Source of the DNA: Methanothermococcus sp. Ax23
GTDB lineage: Archaea; AGJL01; Methanococci; Methanococcales; Methanococcaceae
Length of the DNA: 64,000 nucleotides
Assembly (NCBI RefSeq): GCF_049075655.1
Contig: NZ_CP157522.1
Location: forward strand, 1,248,001 to 1,312,000
Reading direction: 5' to 3'
This document shows positions 23,480-34,975 of the stretch, one piece after another; the first letter of the stretch is position 1, and each line of letters starts with the position of its first letter. The notes beneath the pieces are model-generated. The model saw only the letters and a program-made list of their open reading frames with translations. It made no database searches and was not told the DNA's origin. Position numbers and translations under genes: made by a program.

Positions 23480-24526
23480 GAGGTTGTCGAAAAATATTAA
23501 ATTATCAATAACATATAATACATGTTATGAAGGGGAATATAAAAAAGAAAATAGAAAAGAAAAAGACCAATCCTAAGACAAAAGGATACTGGAGAATATA
23601 CGACCTTAGATATAAGAAATACGACCTAAGAACTACTTATACGTTGATTTTATCCATTACAAACATGCTGAATCGTCCTTCTACCGAAGGACGAAAGGTT
23701 GGTAGGGTATCTGCCCTACCCTATAATGAATATGTGGTAGTTCTAATATTAAAACATATCTACAAACTAAGTTTAAGGGATTTAGAGACACTCTCAAATA
23801 CATTACATAACAAACATATTGACCATTCCACATACGGTAAAGCATTTAAACGGATGGATAATGAGTTTCTATCCAATTTACTCACTTTTACATATACGAT
23901 TATAGATAATCTACTAACTCAGCCCTCCAACAAACTATATATGGCAGACTCAACAGGAGTTTCCATAAATAGGTTATACTATGAGTGCATTCACGGAGGG
24001 AAACGTACTAAACGATTGGTGCATGATAAATTGCATGTTCTAGCATCATACTATCCAGAACAAGGATATATTCCAATAATCTCCGCCCGTTGGGGCGGAG
24101 GTTATAGTTCCGATAGTGCCAACCTATTGGAAATGGTTAAACAGATTGATTTTTTAGATAATGAATATCTACTGGCTGATGGAGGATATGATTGCTGTGA
24201 ATTGTTTTAATATTTACTACAACACAATATCACTCCAATAGTTAAAACAAAAGAATTCAAGTGGAAGTATCATATTAGCAAAGTTAGAAAAACCATTAAG
24301 AGCATGTTTAACAAGGATTGGTATCGCCTTCGGGGGATAGTAGAATCCATATTTGGAGGGCTGGAGACTAAAAACAGGTTAAAATTAGATGACAGGTTGG
24401 CGGATAGCAGAGATGTAAAAGCACTATTGCTACTGCGATAGTGCATAACGTATTAACACTAATGAGAGTATTAGTATTAACATATGATACTGAATAAAAT
24501 TACAAATTCAATTATTCGACAACCTC
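23480..24526 (+). mobile_element. DDE insertion sequence (IS5/IS4-like), 1047 bp
   Basis: TIRs GAGGTTGTCGAA(A/T)AAT; 9-bp TSD ATTATTATC at 23471-23479 and 24527-24535. Confidence 0.9.
23527..24441 (+). pseudogene. DDE transposase with in-frame nonsense codon
   Basis: ADSTG and ADGGYD before TAA at 24208-24210; the same frame continues to YRLRGIVESIFG (third catalytic E). Confidence 0.85.
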
Positions 24527-24615
24527 ATTATTATCTAAAAAAATAAGTGAGATAGCGTGTTTATATCCATCATTTTACTAATTACAATAAAAAGAAGAAA
24601 AAAATAATAATTTAA

Positions 24616-25962
24616 TTAGATTTTTAAGTATGCGTTTGTTTCCCAGTCTGTTACTGATGTTCTGAAACTGTCCCATTCAGCTGTTTTTATTTCTAAGAAG
24701 TTTTCGAATATGTGTTTTCCGAGAGCTTCTTTTAATACTGTGTTGTTTTCTAGTTCATCGAGTGCTTCTTTTAAGTTAGCTGGAACTGATTCAATACCGA
24801 GCTCTTTCTTCTCAGCTTCACTCATTGCAAAGATGTTTCTTTCAACTGGTTCTGGTGCATCTAATTTCTTCTTGATACCATCTAAACCAGCAGCAAGCAT
24901 TACTGTGAATGCTAAGTATGGGTTGCATGATGGGTCAGGAGCTCTGAACTCGATTCTTGTTCCTTTGCCTCTTGCAGCAGGAACTCTGATAATAGCACTT
25001 CTGTTTGAGTTTGCCCATGCAATATTTACAGGAGCTTCGTATCCTGGAACAAGCCTTTTGTATGAGTTGACTGTTGGGTTTGTAACTGCTACAATTGCCT
25101 TAGCGTGTTCTAATATACCTGCAACATAGTTCATACAGGTTTCACTTAACTGGTATGGTGCGCTTTCATCGTAGAATGAAGGTTCTCCATTTAACCATAT
25201 ACTCTGGTGGCAGTGCATACCGCTACCGTTCATACCGAAGAATGGTTTTGGCATGAATGTTGCCATAAATCCGTATTGTTTAGCAATCATTTTGATTGTT
25301 GTTTTGAATGTAATTACACTGTCAGCTGTTTTAAGAGCATCGTCAAATTTGAAATCTACTTCGTGCTGACCTGGTGCAACTTCGTGGTGGGAAGCTTCAA
25401 CATGGAATCCTAAGTTTTCCAAAGCAAATACTATGTCCCTTCTGATGTTTGGTGCATCATCCAATGGTTCCAAGTCGAAGTATGCTCCATCATCAGCTGG
25501 AACCATTTTGTGTGGGTTGTGTGGGTCTGGTTTTACTAAGAAGAATTCTGGTTCTGGACCTACGAAGTAGTCTCCGTTCATTTCTTCTTTAAGTTTGCCC
25601 ATGATTCTCTTTAAGCATCCTCTTGGGTCTCCCTCGAATGGTTTTCCATCTGTTTTATATACATCACAGATAACTCTTGCCACTGATTTTTCAGCAGGTC
25701 TCCATGGGAGAACGGATAATGTTGATAAATCTGGCTTTAATATCATGTCTGAGCAATCGATGGAAACAAATCCTTCAATTGATGAACCATCAAAGTATAA
25801 TCCATCAGTTAAAACATCTCTCAATTCATCGAGTCCTTTCTCTCCTGATTTTACTGGATATGCTACATTTTTTGGAACGCCCAACAAATCTACAAATTGG
25901 AATCTTAAAAACTTAACATCATTTGCCTTTATGTATTCCAATGCTTGTTCAACAGTGGTCAT
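24616..25962 (-). CDS. glnA: glutamine synthetase type I
   Basis: FDGSSIEG, HHEVAPGQHE, NGSGMH, RIEFRAPD. Confidence 0.97.
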   Translation of the reverse strand: MTTVEQALEYIKANDVKFLRFQFVDLLGVPKNVAYPVKSGEKGLDELRDVLTDGLYFDGSSIEGFVSIDCSDMILKPDLSTLSVLPWRPAEKSVARVICDVYKTDGKPFEGDPRGCLKRIMGKLKEEMNGDYFVGPEPEFFLVKPDPHNPHKMVPADDGAYFDLEPLDDAPNIRRDIVFALENLGFHVEASHHEVAPGQHEVDFKFDDALKTADSVITFKTTIKMIAKQYGFMATFMPKPFFGMNGSGMHCHQSIWLNGEPSFYDESAPYQLSETCMNYVAGILEHAKAIVAVTNPTVNSYKRLVPGYEAPVNIAWANSNRSAIIRVPAARGKGTRIEFRAPDPSCNPYLAFTVMLAAGLDGIKKKLDAPEPVERNIFAMSEAEKKELGIESVPANLKEALDELENNTVLKEALGKHIFENFLEIKTAEWDSFRTSVTDWETNAYLKI

Positions 25963-25988
25963 CTATTACACCTCGTTTATAGATTATC

Positions 25989-26002
25989 GGAAATAAATTT
26001 CC
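25989..26002. promoter_or_regulatory. NrpR nitrogen operator upstream of glnA
   Basis: GGAA-ATAAAT-TTCC = GGAA-N6-TTCC, just downstream of a minus-strand TATA (26011-26021). Confidence 0.85.
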
Positions 26003-26122
26003 GATTTTAAATATATATAATTTACGGTTTTATAATCTACTTTTATAAATAATATATTATTAATAGAATATCATCATTATATTATCAGTATAATAAATAG
26101 AATTAGCATATTTGGTGATTAT

Positions 26123-27421
26123 ATGATAATAGTGGAAAAAACCGATAAGATAAAAGGAAATATCTATGCCCCTCCTTCAAAATCATACACTCATAGGGCA
26201 GTAATATGTGCATCTCTATCTGATGGAATTTCAGAGATAAAGAATCCGTTAAACAGTGCCGACTGTCTTTCATCAGTTCATGGTGCAAGAATGCTCGGAG
26301 CTCACATAAACACCGAAGATGAAAATAAATGGATTGTGGAAGGAAACAATAACAACCCAAAAACTCCTGACAATATAATCGATATTGGGAACAGCGGAAC
26401 AACCCTAAGGATTTTAACAGGGATTTCATCCCAAATACCAAATGGATATGCCGTATTAACAGGAGATGAATCCATAAGAAAAAGACCTATGCAACCGCTA
26501 CTGGATGCCTTAAAACAGCTCGGTATTGAAGCTTTTTCATCAAAAATGGATGGAACTGCCCCAATTATTGTTAAAAGTGGTGAGATAAAAAATAACATTG
26601 TTAAGATAAGGGGCGATATGAGCTCTCAATTCATCACATCATTAATGATGACATTGCCATTTGCCAAAGATGATTCAAAGATAATTTTAACAACTCCTTT
26701 AAAATCTGCACCATATTTGGACATAACAATCGATGTTCTTAGTAAGTTTGGAATAACCGTTAAACCTTTGGAAGAAGAAAATGAAAAAGGATTTTTTATT
26801 GAAGGAAATCAGAAATACAAACCTTGCAACTACACAGTAGAAGGAGACTATTCATCAGCATCATATCTTGTAGCCGCAGGAGTTCTTTTAAATTCAGAAT
26901 TAACTATAAACAATTTATTTAAGGACTCAAAGCAAGGAGATAAGGAAATAATAAACATAGTTAAAGAAATGGGGGCAGATATTGAAGTTAAAAATGATAA
27001 AGTCATAATCAATGGACCCCATAAACTAAAAGGTATAGATATAGATGTAAAAAATATACCTGATTTAGTGCCAACTATTGCGGTGTTAGGATGCTTTGCG
27101 GAAGGTAAAACCACAATATACAATGGAGAGCATGTTAGATTAAAGGAATGCGACCGACTAAATGCCTGTGCAAAAGAATTAACAAAGATGGGGGCAAAAA
27201 TAACTGAAAAACCTGATGGTCTTGTAATTGAAGGTGTCGGAAAATTAAAAGGTGCAGAACTGGAAACATACCACGACCACAGGCTTGTAATGGCTTTCAC
27301 AATTGCTGGAATGATGGCAGAAGGCAAAACAATAATAAAAGGGGAAGATGCCGTTAAAATATCATTCCCAAACTTCGTGGATGTAATGAAGTCAATTGGA
27401 GCAAATATTACACTGTGTTAA
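26123..27421 (+). CDS. aroA: 3-phosphoshikimate 1-carboxyvinyltransferase
   Basis: PPSKSYTHR, GNSGTT, SSQF, KECDR, DHR. Confidence 0.96.
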   Translation: MIIVEKTDKIKGNIYAPPSKSYTHRAVICASLSDGISEIKNPLNSADCLSSVHGARMLGAHINTEDENKWIVEGNNNNPKTPDNIIDIGNSGTTLRILTGISSQIPNGYAVLTGDESIRKRPMQPLLDALKQLGIEAFSSKMDGTAPIIVKSGEIKNNIVKIRGDMSSQFITSLMMTLPFAKDDSKIILTTPLKSAPYLDITIDVLSKFGITVKPLEEENEKGFFIEGNQKYKPCNYTVEGDYSSASYLVAAGVLLNSELTINNLFKDSKQGDKEIINIVKEMGADIEVKNDKVIINGPHKLKGIDIDVKNIPDLVPTIAVLGCFAEGKTTIYNGEHVRLKECDRLNACAKELTKMGAKITEKPDGLVIEGVGKLKGAELETYHDHRLVMAFTIAGMMAEGKTIIKGEDAVKISFPNFVDVMKSIGANITLC

Positions 27422-27517
27422 ATACATACATTTATTTTAGTTCGTTTTAATTTTTATTTTATATTCCTTTTACATTCATTGTCTTTAAAATTAAATTAAA
27501 ATTAAAGTAGGGATACG

Positions 27518-28549
27518 ATGAATAAAATAAAAGATTTTTTAAATTATTTAAGTGAAAACAACATAAAGAAAGCCATAGTTTTAAAAAAGGAAAATATAAA
27601 TTATTTTTTAGAAAAATATCCCCCAACATTTTCGGTTTTAGTTTTTGATGCAGAGGAAGATAGGGCAGTTTTGAAAGTTCCAAAACTGGAATATAGGGGA
27701 GCTCTAACATATAAAAACAAATACCTTGATATCGAGTTGTTCGAAAAAATTGAAGAGGTATTTAAGGGATGCGATGGTGTTGAGGATTCCCTTCCTTTAA
27801 AATTTTTGAAATATCTTGATAAGAATTATAAACTAATATCCGACAAAATAAGAGAAATGCGAGCAATAAAAAACGATAGGGAAATCGAACTAATCCAAAA
27901 GGCATCTAAAATAAGCGATAAAGCAGTCGAGTATGCAACAGAGTTTATATTAAATTCAGATAAACCAATTACTGAAAATGAGCTCGCCGCAGAGATTGAG
28001 TATATTATGAAAAAAGAAGGTAGTATAAAACCATCCTTTGACACAATAGCAATTTCAGATAAAAAAACAGCACTACCTCACGGAGCTCCTTCTGATGCAG
28101 TAATTAAAAATATACTTCTGATGGATATTGGGGCAACTTATGAAGGTTATTGCTCAGATATTACAAGAACAGTTATTTTAAATCCAGATGAGAGATATAG
28201 GGATATATACAACATTGTTCATAATGCAAAAAATGAAGCAGAACAGTATCTTAAAGAAGGAATTTCAGTAAAGGAGCTCGACTCAATAGCAAGAAAATCC
28301 ATGGGCAAGTATGAAAAATATTTCATTCACTCCTTAGGTCATGGTGTTGGTGTAGAGGTTCATGAAGAACCATCAGTTTCTTCAAAGGTTAAGGAAGATA
28401 TTATTTTAAAAGAAGGTATGGTAATTACAATAGAACCAGGTATTTATTTAGACGATTTTGGAATAAGAATTGAAGATTTATATGTTGTTAAAAAGAATGG
28501 ATTTAAAAAATTGAGTAATGCAAAAATATTAGACGAAATCACTTTGTGA
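27518..28549 (+). CDS. pepQ: Xaa-Pro dipeptidase (M24 family)
   Basis: DIGA, YCSDITRT, HSLGHGVG, TIEPG, RIED. Confidence 0.88.
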   Translation: MNKIKDFLNYLSENNIKKAIVLKKENINYFLEKYPPTFSVLVFDAEEDRAVLKVPKLEYRGALTYKNKYLDIELFEKIEEVFKGCDGVEDSLPLKFLKYLDKNYKLISDKIREMRAIKNDREIELIQKASKISDKAVEYATEFILNSDKPITENELAAEIEYIMKKEGSIKPSFDTIAISDKKTALPHGAPSDAVIKNILLMDIGATYEGYCSDITRTVILNPDERYRDIYNIVHNAKNEAEQYLKEGISVKELDSIARKSMGKYEKYFIHSLGHGVGVEVHEEPSVSSKVKEDIILKEGMVITIEPGIYLDDFGIRIEDLYVVKKNGFKKLSNAKILDEITL

Positions 28550-28575
28550 TTTCGTTGCTCTTCGCTTCGCTCCGA
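28528..28575 (+). repeat. double-hairpin micro-element supplying the pepQ stop
   Basis: ATTAGACGAAATCACTTTGTGATTTCGTTGCTCTTCGCTTCGCTCCGA. Confidence 0.8.
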
Positions 28576-28610
28576 TTAAATATTAATTTTATTTTTTATT
28601 ATTATTTTTA

Positions 28611-29681
28611 TTATTTATTTTCTATTCCCAATTTAATCATCTCATCAAACAAAAACCTTGCATCATGAGGTCCAGGTCCTGCCTCTGGGTGGTATTGGAC
28701 ACACAATATGTTTTTGTCCTTTATTCTTAAACCTTCAACTGTGTTGTCGTTTAAGTTAATATGGAATACTTCTGCATCTTTTGGCATGGACTCGCTTTTT
28801 GTGGCAAATCCATGATTTTGAGATGTAATATATACTCTATCTTCCTCTAAATTCTTTACTGGCTGGTTTCCTCCTCTGTGTCCAAACTTCATTTTGTAAG
28901 TCTCACCGCCAAGTGCAAGGGTGATGATTTGATGACCTAAACAGATTCCTGTAATTGGCACTTTTCCTATTAAGGATTTTACAGTGTCTATTGTTTCCTT
29001 AACAGAGCTCGGGTCTCCTGGACCATTTGATACCATTACAAAATCTGGGTTGTAGCTCAATATTTCATCCGCTGGTGTGTTGTATGGCACCTGAATTACT
29101 GTGCAGTTTCTCTCCACTAAACAATCTATTATGCTTGTTTTAACACCACAGTCAATTAATACGCATTTTGCCACTTCATCTTCTGCTTCGTGGATTACAG
29201 TTTCTTTTGTTGATACTTCTGGCACTAAATCAATTTCAGATAAATCCTTATGACTTTTTGCCATCTCAATGTATTTTTCAATTTCTGAATCATCAATAGG
29301 TTCTGATGAGGTTTTTAGGAGAGCTCTTACAACACCTTTTGACCTTATCCTTCTTGTAATAAATCTTGTATCTATGTTGCATATCCCGGGAACATCGTAT
29401 TTTTTTAAGAATTCATCTAATTCGTTTCCAGTTAGGTCTTTTATAACAAATCCTTCCGCTTTTATACCATCTGATTCAAACCATGATTCACTAACTCCGT
29501 AGTTTCCTTCCAATGGGTATGTCATTGTAATAATCTGCCCTTTATAAGAAGGGTCTGTGAGTATTTCCACATAACCGGTCATACTTGTGTTAAATACCAG
29601 TTCTCCTAAAACTTCCTTTTCTGCTCCAAATCCTTTTCCTTTTAAAACTGTTCCATCTTCTAAAACTAAAATTCCATACAA
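28611..29681 (-). CDS. carA: carbamoyl-phosphate synthase small subunit
   Basis: [27 protein letters not shown]. Confidence 0.96.
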   Translation of the reverse strand: MYGILVLEDGTVLKGKGFGAEKEVLGELVFNTSMTGYVEILTDPSYKGQIITMTYPLEGNYGVSESWFESDGIKAEGFVIKDLTGNELDEFLKKYDVPGICNIDTRFITRRIRSKGVVRALLKTSSEPIDDSEIEKYIEMAKSHKDLSEIDLVPEVSTKETVIHEAEDEVAKCVLIDCGVKTSIIDCLVERNCTVIQVPYNTPADEILSYNPDFVMVSNGPGDPSSVKETIDTVKSLIGKVPITGICLGHQIITLALGGETYKMKFGHRGGNQPVKNLEEDRVYITSQNHGFATKSESMPKDAEVFHINLNDNTVEGLRIKDKNILCVQYHPEAGPGPHDARFLFDEMIKLGIENK

Positions 29682-29796
29682 TTTCTCACCAATTATATTT
29701 AATAATTTATATCAACTTTATATTTTCATAGTGTTTATAATTATAAATTACATGATGATTATATCATAATTATATCATAACATATTTAATATTAAT

Positions 29797-30725
29797 TAGT
29801 GTGGGTCATATTACACTCTAACCTCTAATACCTTCATATAAGGATAACCTCTGGTAATGAGATTATATAGTGCTAAAACCTGTGCAGAAACTACTGCACA
29901 GAGACAGAATACTTTTTTACGAATATAACCTTTGATATTAATCCAAAACTTATTCATAAATCGGTTCTTTAATATTGAATTGGTGTGCTCTATTTTAACT
30001 CTTATCTTAGAAACTTCCGAAGGAAGTTTCTTTTTATTTTTCCTACCCAATCTCCGTGGATTATGTGCTGTTATTAGTTCATTTTTGTATAATTCTATCG
30101 CTTTTTTTTAAATCTTTTGAATCATAGCCTGCATCTGCACAGGACTTTTTGGTAGGTACTAATAATTTATCAGCTACTTTACAATCGTGAGTATTTGCTG
30201 TGGTAAATTCTGCTCTTAATGGTATTCCTAACTTATCTACTGCTAAATGTAATTTAAAGCCTTTAAACATTCCTACACTGTTATATCCTATCTTTCCCTC
30301 AATATCTGTTTCGTCTTTTATTGGAGTGCTATCGTATATTGACCATTCAGGATTATTTAGTTCAATATATTTATCACCTAATAAAGTAATTATTGCATGC
30401 AATTCTTCATCTAGGGATTTTTTCCATCTATCGATGGTTCTTCTACCAGGGCAGGATTTAAATCCTAATGCAGTTAAAATCTGTGGATTATTTTGTAAGT
30501 GTAATACTAACGCTCTATTTGAATGTATGCCTTTTAAAAAGGCATACACTAATAGTTTAAGCCTCAACTCTAAATTATATCCTTTTCTCCCTACCTTTCT
30601 TCGTTTAGGGATTCGGTCAATTAAATCTGATGTAATTATCTCATTTACCACTTCCTCAGCCTTCATATTATCGTCTTTTTTATAATATTATATTTAGTAT
30701 AGGTTATATATTTTGACCCATACTA
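29797..30725 (-). mobile_element. DDE insertion sequence (IS5/IS1182-like), 929 bp, flanked by a 31-bp direct repeat
   Basis: TIRs TAGT(G/A)TGGGTCA; identical 31-mer at 29766-29796 and 30726-30756. Confidence 0.88.
29811..30666 (-). pseudogene. DDE transposase split by a frameshift in an A8 run
   Basis: ORF1 has YDSTP and ADAGYD; removing one A at 30102-30109 joins it to KAIELYK...RVKIEHTN (third acidic residue). Confidence 0.82.
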
Positions 30726-30851
30726 ATAATTATATCATAACATATTTAATATTAATCTTTTATTTTATTTAGAGTTAATAATTTAAATAATTTAAACATT
30801 ATACGAGATTTAATATAAAAGAAAATGATGAATATATAAAAAGAATTTTAC

Positions 30852-32360
30852 GATAAACCGCCGGGAAAGCCAACGACTTCAGTCGTTATACAAAACATAG
30901 TTTTGTAAAATCTCTTACGAGATTGGATGAGAGGCGGACATTCTATATTCCACACAATCAAAAATTATCTGTAATTGAATATATAAACTATATTTATAAG
31001 AACTATGGTGAATTCCATGCAAGTAACCAGAGTGCTGACAATAAACCTAACCAGAAGTTTAAATAATGAACAATTAACAATCATAAACCATTTAACCTAC
31101 TCAGCATCAAAACTCTGGAATACATCCAATTATGAAGTAATACTACAAAACATTGAACCAAATAAAATAGATGTTCAAATGAAGGATAACTTCTGGTTTA
31201 AAAACCTACACTCACAATCAGCACAGGCAGTATGTCAAAAACTCTCAATTAGACGAAAACCTTCGGTTTTCGTTGCTCGCTTGCTACGCAAGCGATAGCA
31301 TGGCAAAACTACTTCAAACAGCACACTAAAAGACCACGATACCAACCAAAAGATGGACACTTTCCAGTAAAATGGAAGAAACAAGGTTTCAAAATCATAG
31401 GCAATAAGTTAAGGTTATCCCTATCAAAACAAACTAAAAACTATCTCAAAGAAAAGCATGTTATCAAGTCCAAGTACTTATGGGTAGATTTATCGAAAAC
31501 TCTACCGCTTGATACCACGCAGGTTAAAGAAGTTGAGATAGTTCCGCAGACCATCTATGGGATAACCTACCACATACTTCACTTAATCCATAAGAAACCA
31601 GTAATTCAAGAACCTATCAAAGAAGGTAATATACTAAGTATTGATTTAGGAATTAAGAATTTAGCAACCACAGTAACTAACACGGGCATCAGGCGAAAAC
31701 CTTCGGTTTTCGCTACTCACCAACATCAGTTGGTGAAAGCAGTAATCTATGATGGAAGAAGGTTAATTTCTAAATTCCGATGGTTTGCTAAAAGTAAAGG
31801 AAAAATCCAATCTACCCTAACAAAGCAAGAGTTAAAATATAATAAACGATTATCCCGCTTAACAGTAAGGGAAAAGAATTATACTAAGGATTATCTACAT
31901 AAAATAAGTAAAATGATTATCGATTTTGCAGTGGAAAATAAAGTTTCAAGGATTGTAATCGGCGAGTTAAACAAAGGTATTTCAAATATTAATATTGGTA
32001 GAAAGAACAACGAGAAAATACACAAGATACCTTTTGGTAGGTTAGTAAGTATGATAATGTATAAAGCAGAAGAAAAGGGATTAACAGTAGAACAGGTTAA
32101 TGAATCTTATACTTCTCAAACTTGTAGTAATTGTGGTGTAGTTAAAAAGAGTAATAGGAAGTACAGGGGTTTGTATGTTTGTAGTGAGTGTGGTATGGTT
32201 TTGAATGCAGACATTAACGGGGCTTTGAATATTTTAAAAAAAGTATTTTCATGTAGCGTAGCCCTGAACCCGTTAATGGGTAGGGGTAGTGGGTTTGGCC
32301 ACCCATGTAGGGTTAGACCCTGCTAAAGAACCCCACGATTTTAATGTGGGAGTAGGTCAG
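30852..32360 (+). mobile_element. IS200/IS605-family tnpB element (TTAC target), copy 1
   Basis: TTAC|GATAAACC left end with AAAG plus hairpin; right end GAAC-hairpin...TCAG; near-identical to 52979-54447. Confidence 0.9.
31017..32326 (+). pseudogene. tnpB: tnpB frameshifted by a 47-bp insertion, plus a 48-bp in-frame insertion
   Basis: colinear with intact tnpB at 53147 except for inserts at 31248-31294 and 31688-31735. Confidence 0.9.
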
Positions 32361-32436
32361 ATAGATTATATATTTAATATATAATAACATATATTGATAA
32401 AAGATAATGACTAAAAATTAGAAAGAGAGTGATTTT

Positions 32437-34008
32437 ATGTCAAAGATACTTATAACTGATGCTATTCATGATGATGCAATTGAAATATTAAAAAACGTTG
32501 GCGATGTAGAAATAGCCACGGGTTTAACGCCAGAGGAGTTAAAAGAAAAAATAAAGGATGCAGACGCTATTGTTATTAGAAGTGGAACAAAACTTACAAA
32601 AGATATAATCGACGCAGCTGAAAAATTAAAAGTTATCGCAAGGGCAGGTGTTGGAGTAGATAATGTTGATTTACAGGCAGCAACAGAAAAGGGGATTATA
32701 GTAGTTAATTCACCGGATGCTTCATCAATATCAGTAGCAGAATTAACAATAGGATTCATGCTCTCAGCTGCAAGAAATATTCCCCAAGCAACTGCCTCAT
32801 TAAAGAGAGGCGAATGGGATAGAAAATCATTTAAAGGTGTAGAGCTCTACGGGAAAACCCTTGGTATTGTTGGATTGGGAAGAATAGGACAGCAAGTGGC
32901 AAAAAGGGCTAAGGCTTTTGGAATGAATATTGTAGGATATGACCCATACATACCAGCAGAGGTTGCGAAAAATATGGGTATTAAATTAATGGATGTGAAT
33001 GAATTATGTCAGGTAAGTGATTTCATTACGCTACATGTCCCATTAACTCCAAAAACTAAACATATCATTAGTAAAGAACAAATTTCATTAATGAAAAAGA
33101 ATGCCATAATTGTAAATTGTGCAAGAGGTGGCTTAATTGACGAGGAAGCCCTTTATGAAGCTTTAAAAGACAAAAAAATAAGAAGTGCGGCACTTGATGT
33201 ATTCGAACAGGAGCCACCAAAGGACAACCCGCTGTTGGAGCTAGACAATGTAATAGGAACTCCACATCAGGGAGCTTCAACCGTGGAAGCTCAGAAAAGT
33301 GCTGGAACAATCGTAGCTGAACAAGTTGTAAAGATATTGAAAGGAGAACCTGCTGAAAATGTTGTAAATCTTCCTATGCTACCTATGGAAAAGATGAGTA
33401 AATTAAAACCATACATGATACTTGCAGAGAAAATAGGCAATATGATAATACAATTACTGGACAAATCGATAGAAAAAGTAGAATTAACATACATGGGTGA
33501 GCTCGCAAAAGAAGATACCGAAATGATAAAAAGGTCATTTTTAATGGGAATCTTATCACCAATATTACTTGCAGGAGTTAATTTAATAAATGCACCGACA
33601 ATAGCAAAGAACAGAAATATAAAGATTGTAGAAGGAACCGTATCAGAGAGCGATTATGGAAATGCCATAAAAATTATAGCAAAAGGAAAAACAGAAGAAA
33701 TTTCAATAGTAGGGTCATTAACAGATGGCAGGCCTGTTCTTCGTGAAATAAATGGGTATAAAGTAGATATTAAACCAGAAGGAATTATCTGCGTGATTAA
33801 ACACATAGATAGACCCGGTATGATTGGTAAGGTTGGTCTATTACTTGGGGACTGCGGAGTAAATATTGCAGGGATGCAGGTTGGAAGGAAAGAACCTGGC
33901 GGAGAAAGTATAATGGTGCTTAATGTGGACCATATGATTCCAGATGATGTTATAGAAAAACTAAAAAAACTTGAAAATATTAAGGATGCTAAGGTTATTG
34001 ACTTATAA
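32437..34008 (+). CDS. serA: D-3-phosphoglycerate dehydrogenase
   Basis: RAGVGVDN, GLGRIG, TPHQGAST, C-terminal ACT domain. Confidence 0.95.
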   Translation: MSKILITDAIHDDAIEILKNVGDVEIATGLTPEELKEKIKDADAIVIRSGTKLTKDIIDAAEKLKVIARAGVGVDNVDLQAATEKGIIVVNSPDASSISVAELTIGFMLSAARNIPQATASLKRGEWDRKSFKGVELYGKTLGIVGLGRIGQQVAKRAKAFGMNIVGYDPYIPAEVAKNMGIKLMDVNELCQVSDFITLHVPLTPKTKHIISKEQISLMKKNAIIVNCARGGLIDEEALYEALKDKKIRSAALDVFEQEPPKDNPLLELDNVIGTPHQGASTVEAQKSAGTIVAEQVVKILKGEPAENVVNLPMLPMEKMSKLKPYMILAEKIGNMIIQLLDKSIEKVELTYMGELAKEDTEMIKRSFLMGILSPILLAGVNLINAPTIAKNRNIKIVEGTVSESDYGNAIKIIAKGKTEEISIVGSLTDGRPVLREINGYKVDIKPEGIICVIKHIDRPGMIGKVGLLLGDCGVNIAGMQVGRKEPGGESIMVLNVDHMIPDDVIEKLKKLENIKDAKVIDL

Positions 34009-34095
34009 TTGACTTATTAACAGCGAATCCAAGATTCTTATTAGAATAATTATTTTTTATTTTATTTTTTTCAATTTAATTTTCAACTAACTAAA

Positions 34096-34521
34096 ATGGT
34101 GGTAAATATCAACGAAATTATAGCTGGACTTGTGATAGCATTTTTATATGGTGTTGGCACATTTTTTGCAAAAATAGTGTCTGAAAAGGACCCATTTTTA
34201 CAGTGGATAATTGTTAATATCGTTGGTATTATATTATGTATGGCCATAATTGCAAAAGAACCCCAAAGAATATACCAACTTCACGGAAAAATACTTTTAT
34301 ATGGGATAATTTCTGCTGTAATGGTTGTAGTTGGTAGCCTGCTTTTGTATTATACATTGCACAAGGGAAGGGCAAGTATAGTTGTGCCACTGTCATCAAT
34401 AGGTCCAGCAATTACTACAATATTAGCAGTGATTTTTCTAAAAGAGCATTTGTCTGCTTTTCAAATATTTGGGATAGTGTTAATAATTGTGGGAATTATA
34501 TTAATTTCGTTAAACAGTTAA
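34096..34521 (+). CDS. EamA/DMT family membrane protein
   Basis: hydrophobic; ASIVVPL...LAVIFLKE motif. Confidence 0.8.
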   Translation: MVVNINEIIAGLVIAFLYGVGTFFAKIVSEKDPFLQWIIVNIVGIILCMAIIAKEPQRIYQLHGKILLYGIISAVMVVVGSLLLYYTLHKGRASIVVPLSSIGPAITTILAVIFLKEHLSAFQIFGIVLIIVGIILISLNS

Positions 34522-34607
34522 AAAACACATATCAAGAAGTATCTAAAAAATACATAAAAAAGAAAAAAGAAAATAATAAATCTAATTTAATATAATCATT
34601 ATATCAA

Positions 34608-34850
34608 TTATAATTTCAATAACTTTTTAGCCCCCTGAGCTCCAAGCTGTAATTTTAGTGCATTTAATATTTCATTTACATCATCCATATCTTCCGCATC
34701 TTCCATTGCATTTTGAAATATCTCTCTTTTACTCGGCTCTACAAGACCTATTAAATATTCTACTGTGGATACTAATTCTATATATCTGCCTTCTTTTTGA
34801 GCCTGAGCTCGAACTTCTTCAATGGTCTTTTTTATATTTTCAGATACCAC
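34608..34850 (-). CDS. small hypothetical protein
   Basis: 80-aa ORF with GGTGA RBS. Confidence 0.6.
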   Translation of the reverse strand: MVSENIKKTIEEVRAQAQKEGRYIELVSTVEYLIGLVEPSKREIFQNAMEDAEDMDDVNEILNALKLQLGAQGAKKLLKL

Positions 34851-34911
34851 TGTATCACCATGCTTTTAATTTTAATATTTTGTAATTTATTAATATATAA
34901 AATTTTGTTTT

Positions 34912-34949
34912 TTGATATATTCCGTAGGAGTTGATATATTCCGTAGGAG
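34912..34949. repeat. 19-bp tandem direct repeat
   Basis: TTGATATATTCCGTAGGAG x2. Confidence 0.8.
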
Positions 34950-34975
34950 CTCGGAAGGTCGCAACTTTTTATTAC

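Noticed and set aside
24208-24210. Readthrough or recoding of the transposase stop
   Set aside because: The codon is TAA, not UGA or UAG; a simple nonsense mutation is more likely.
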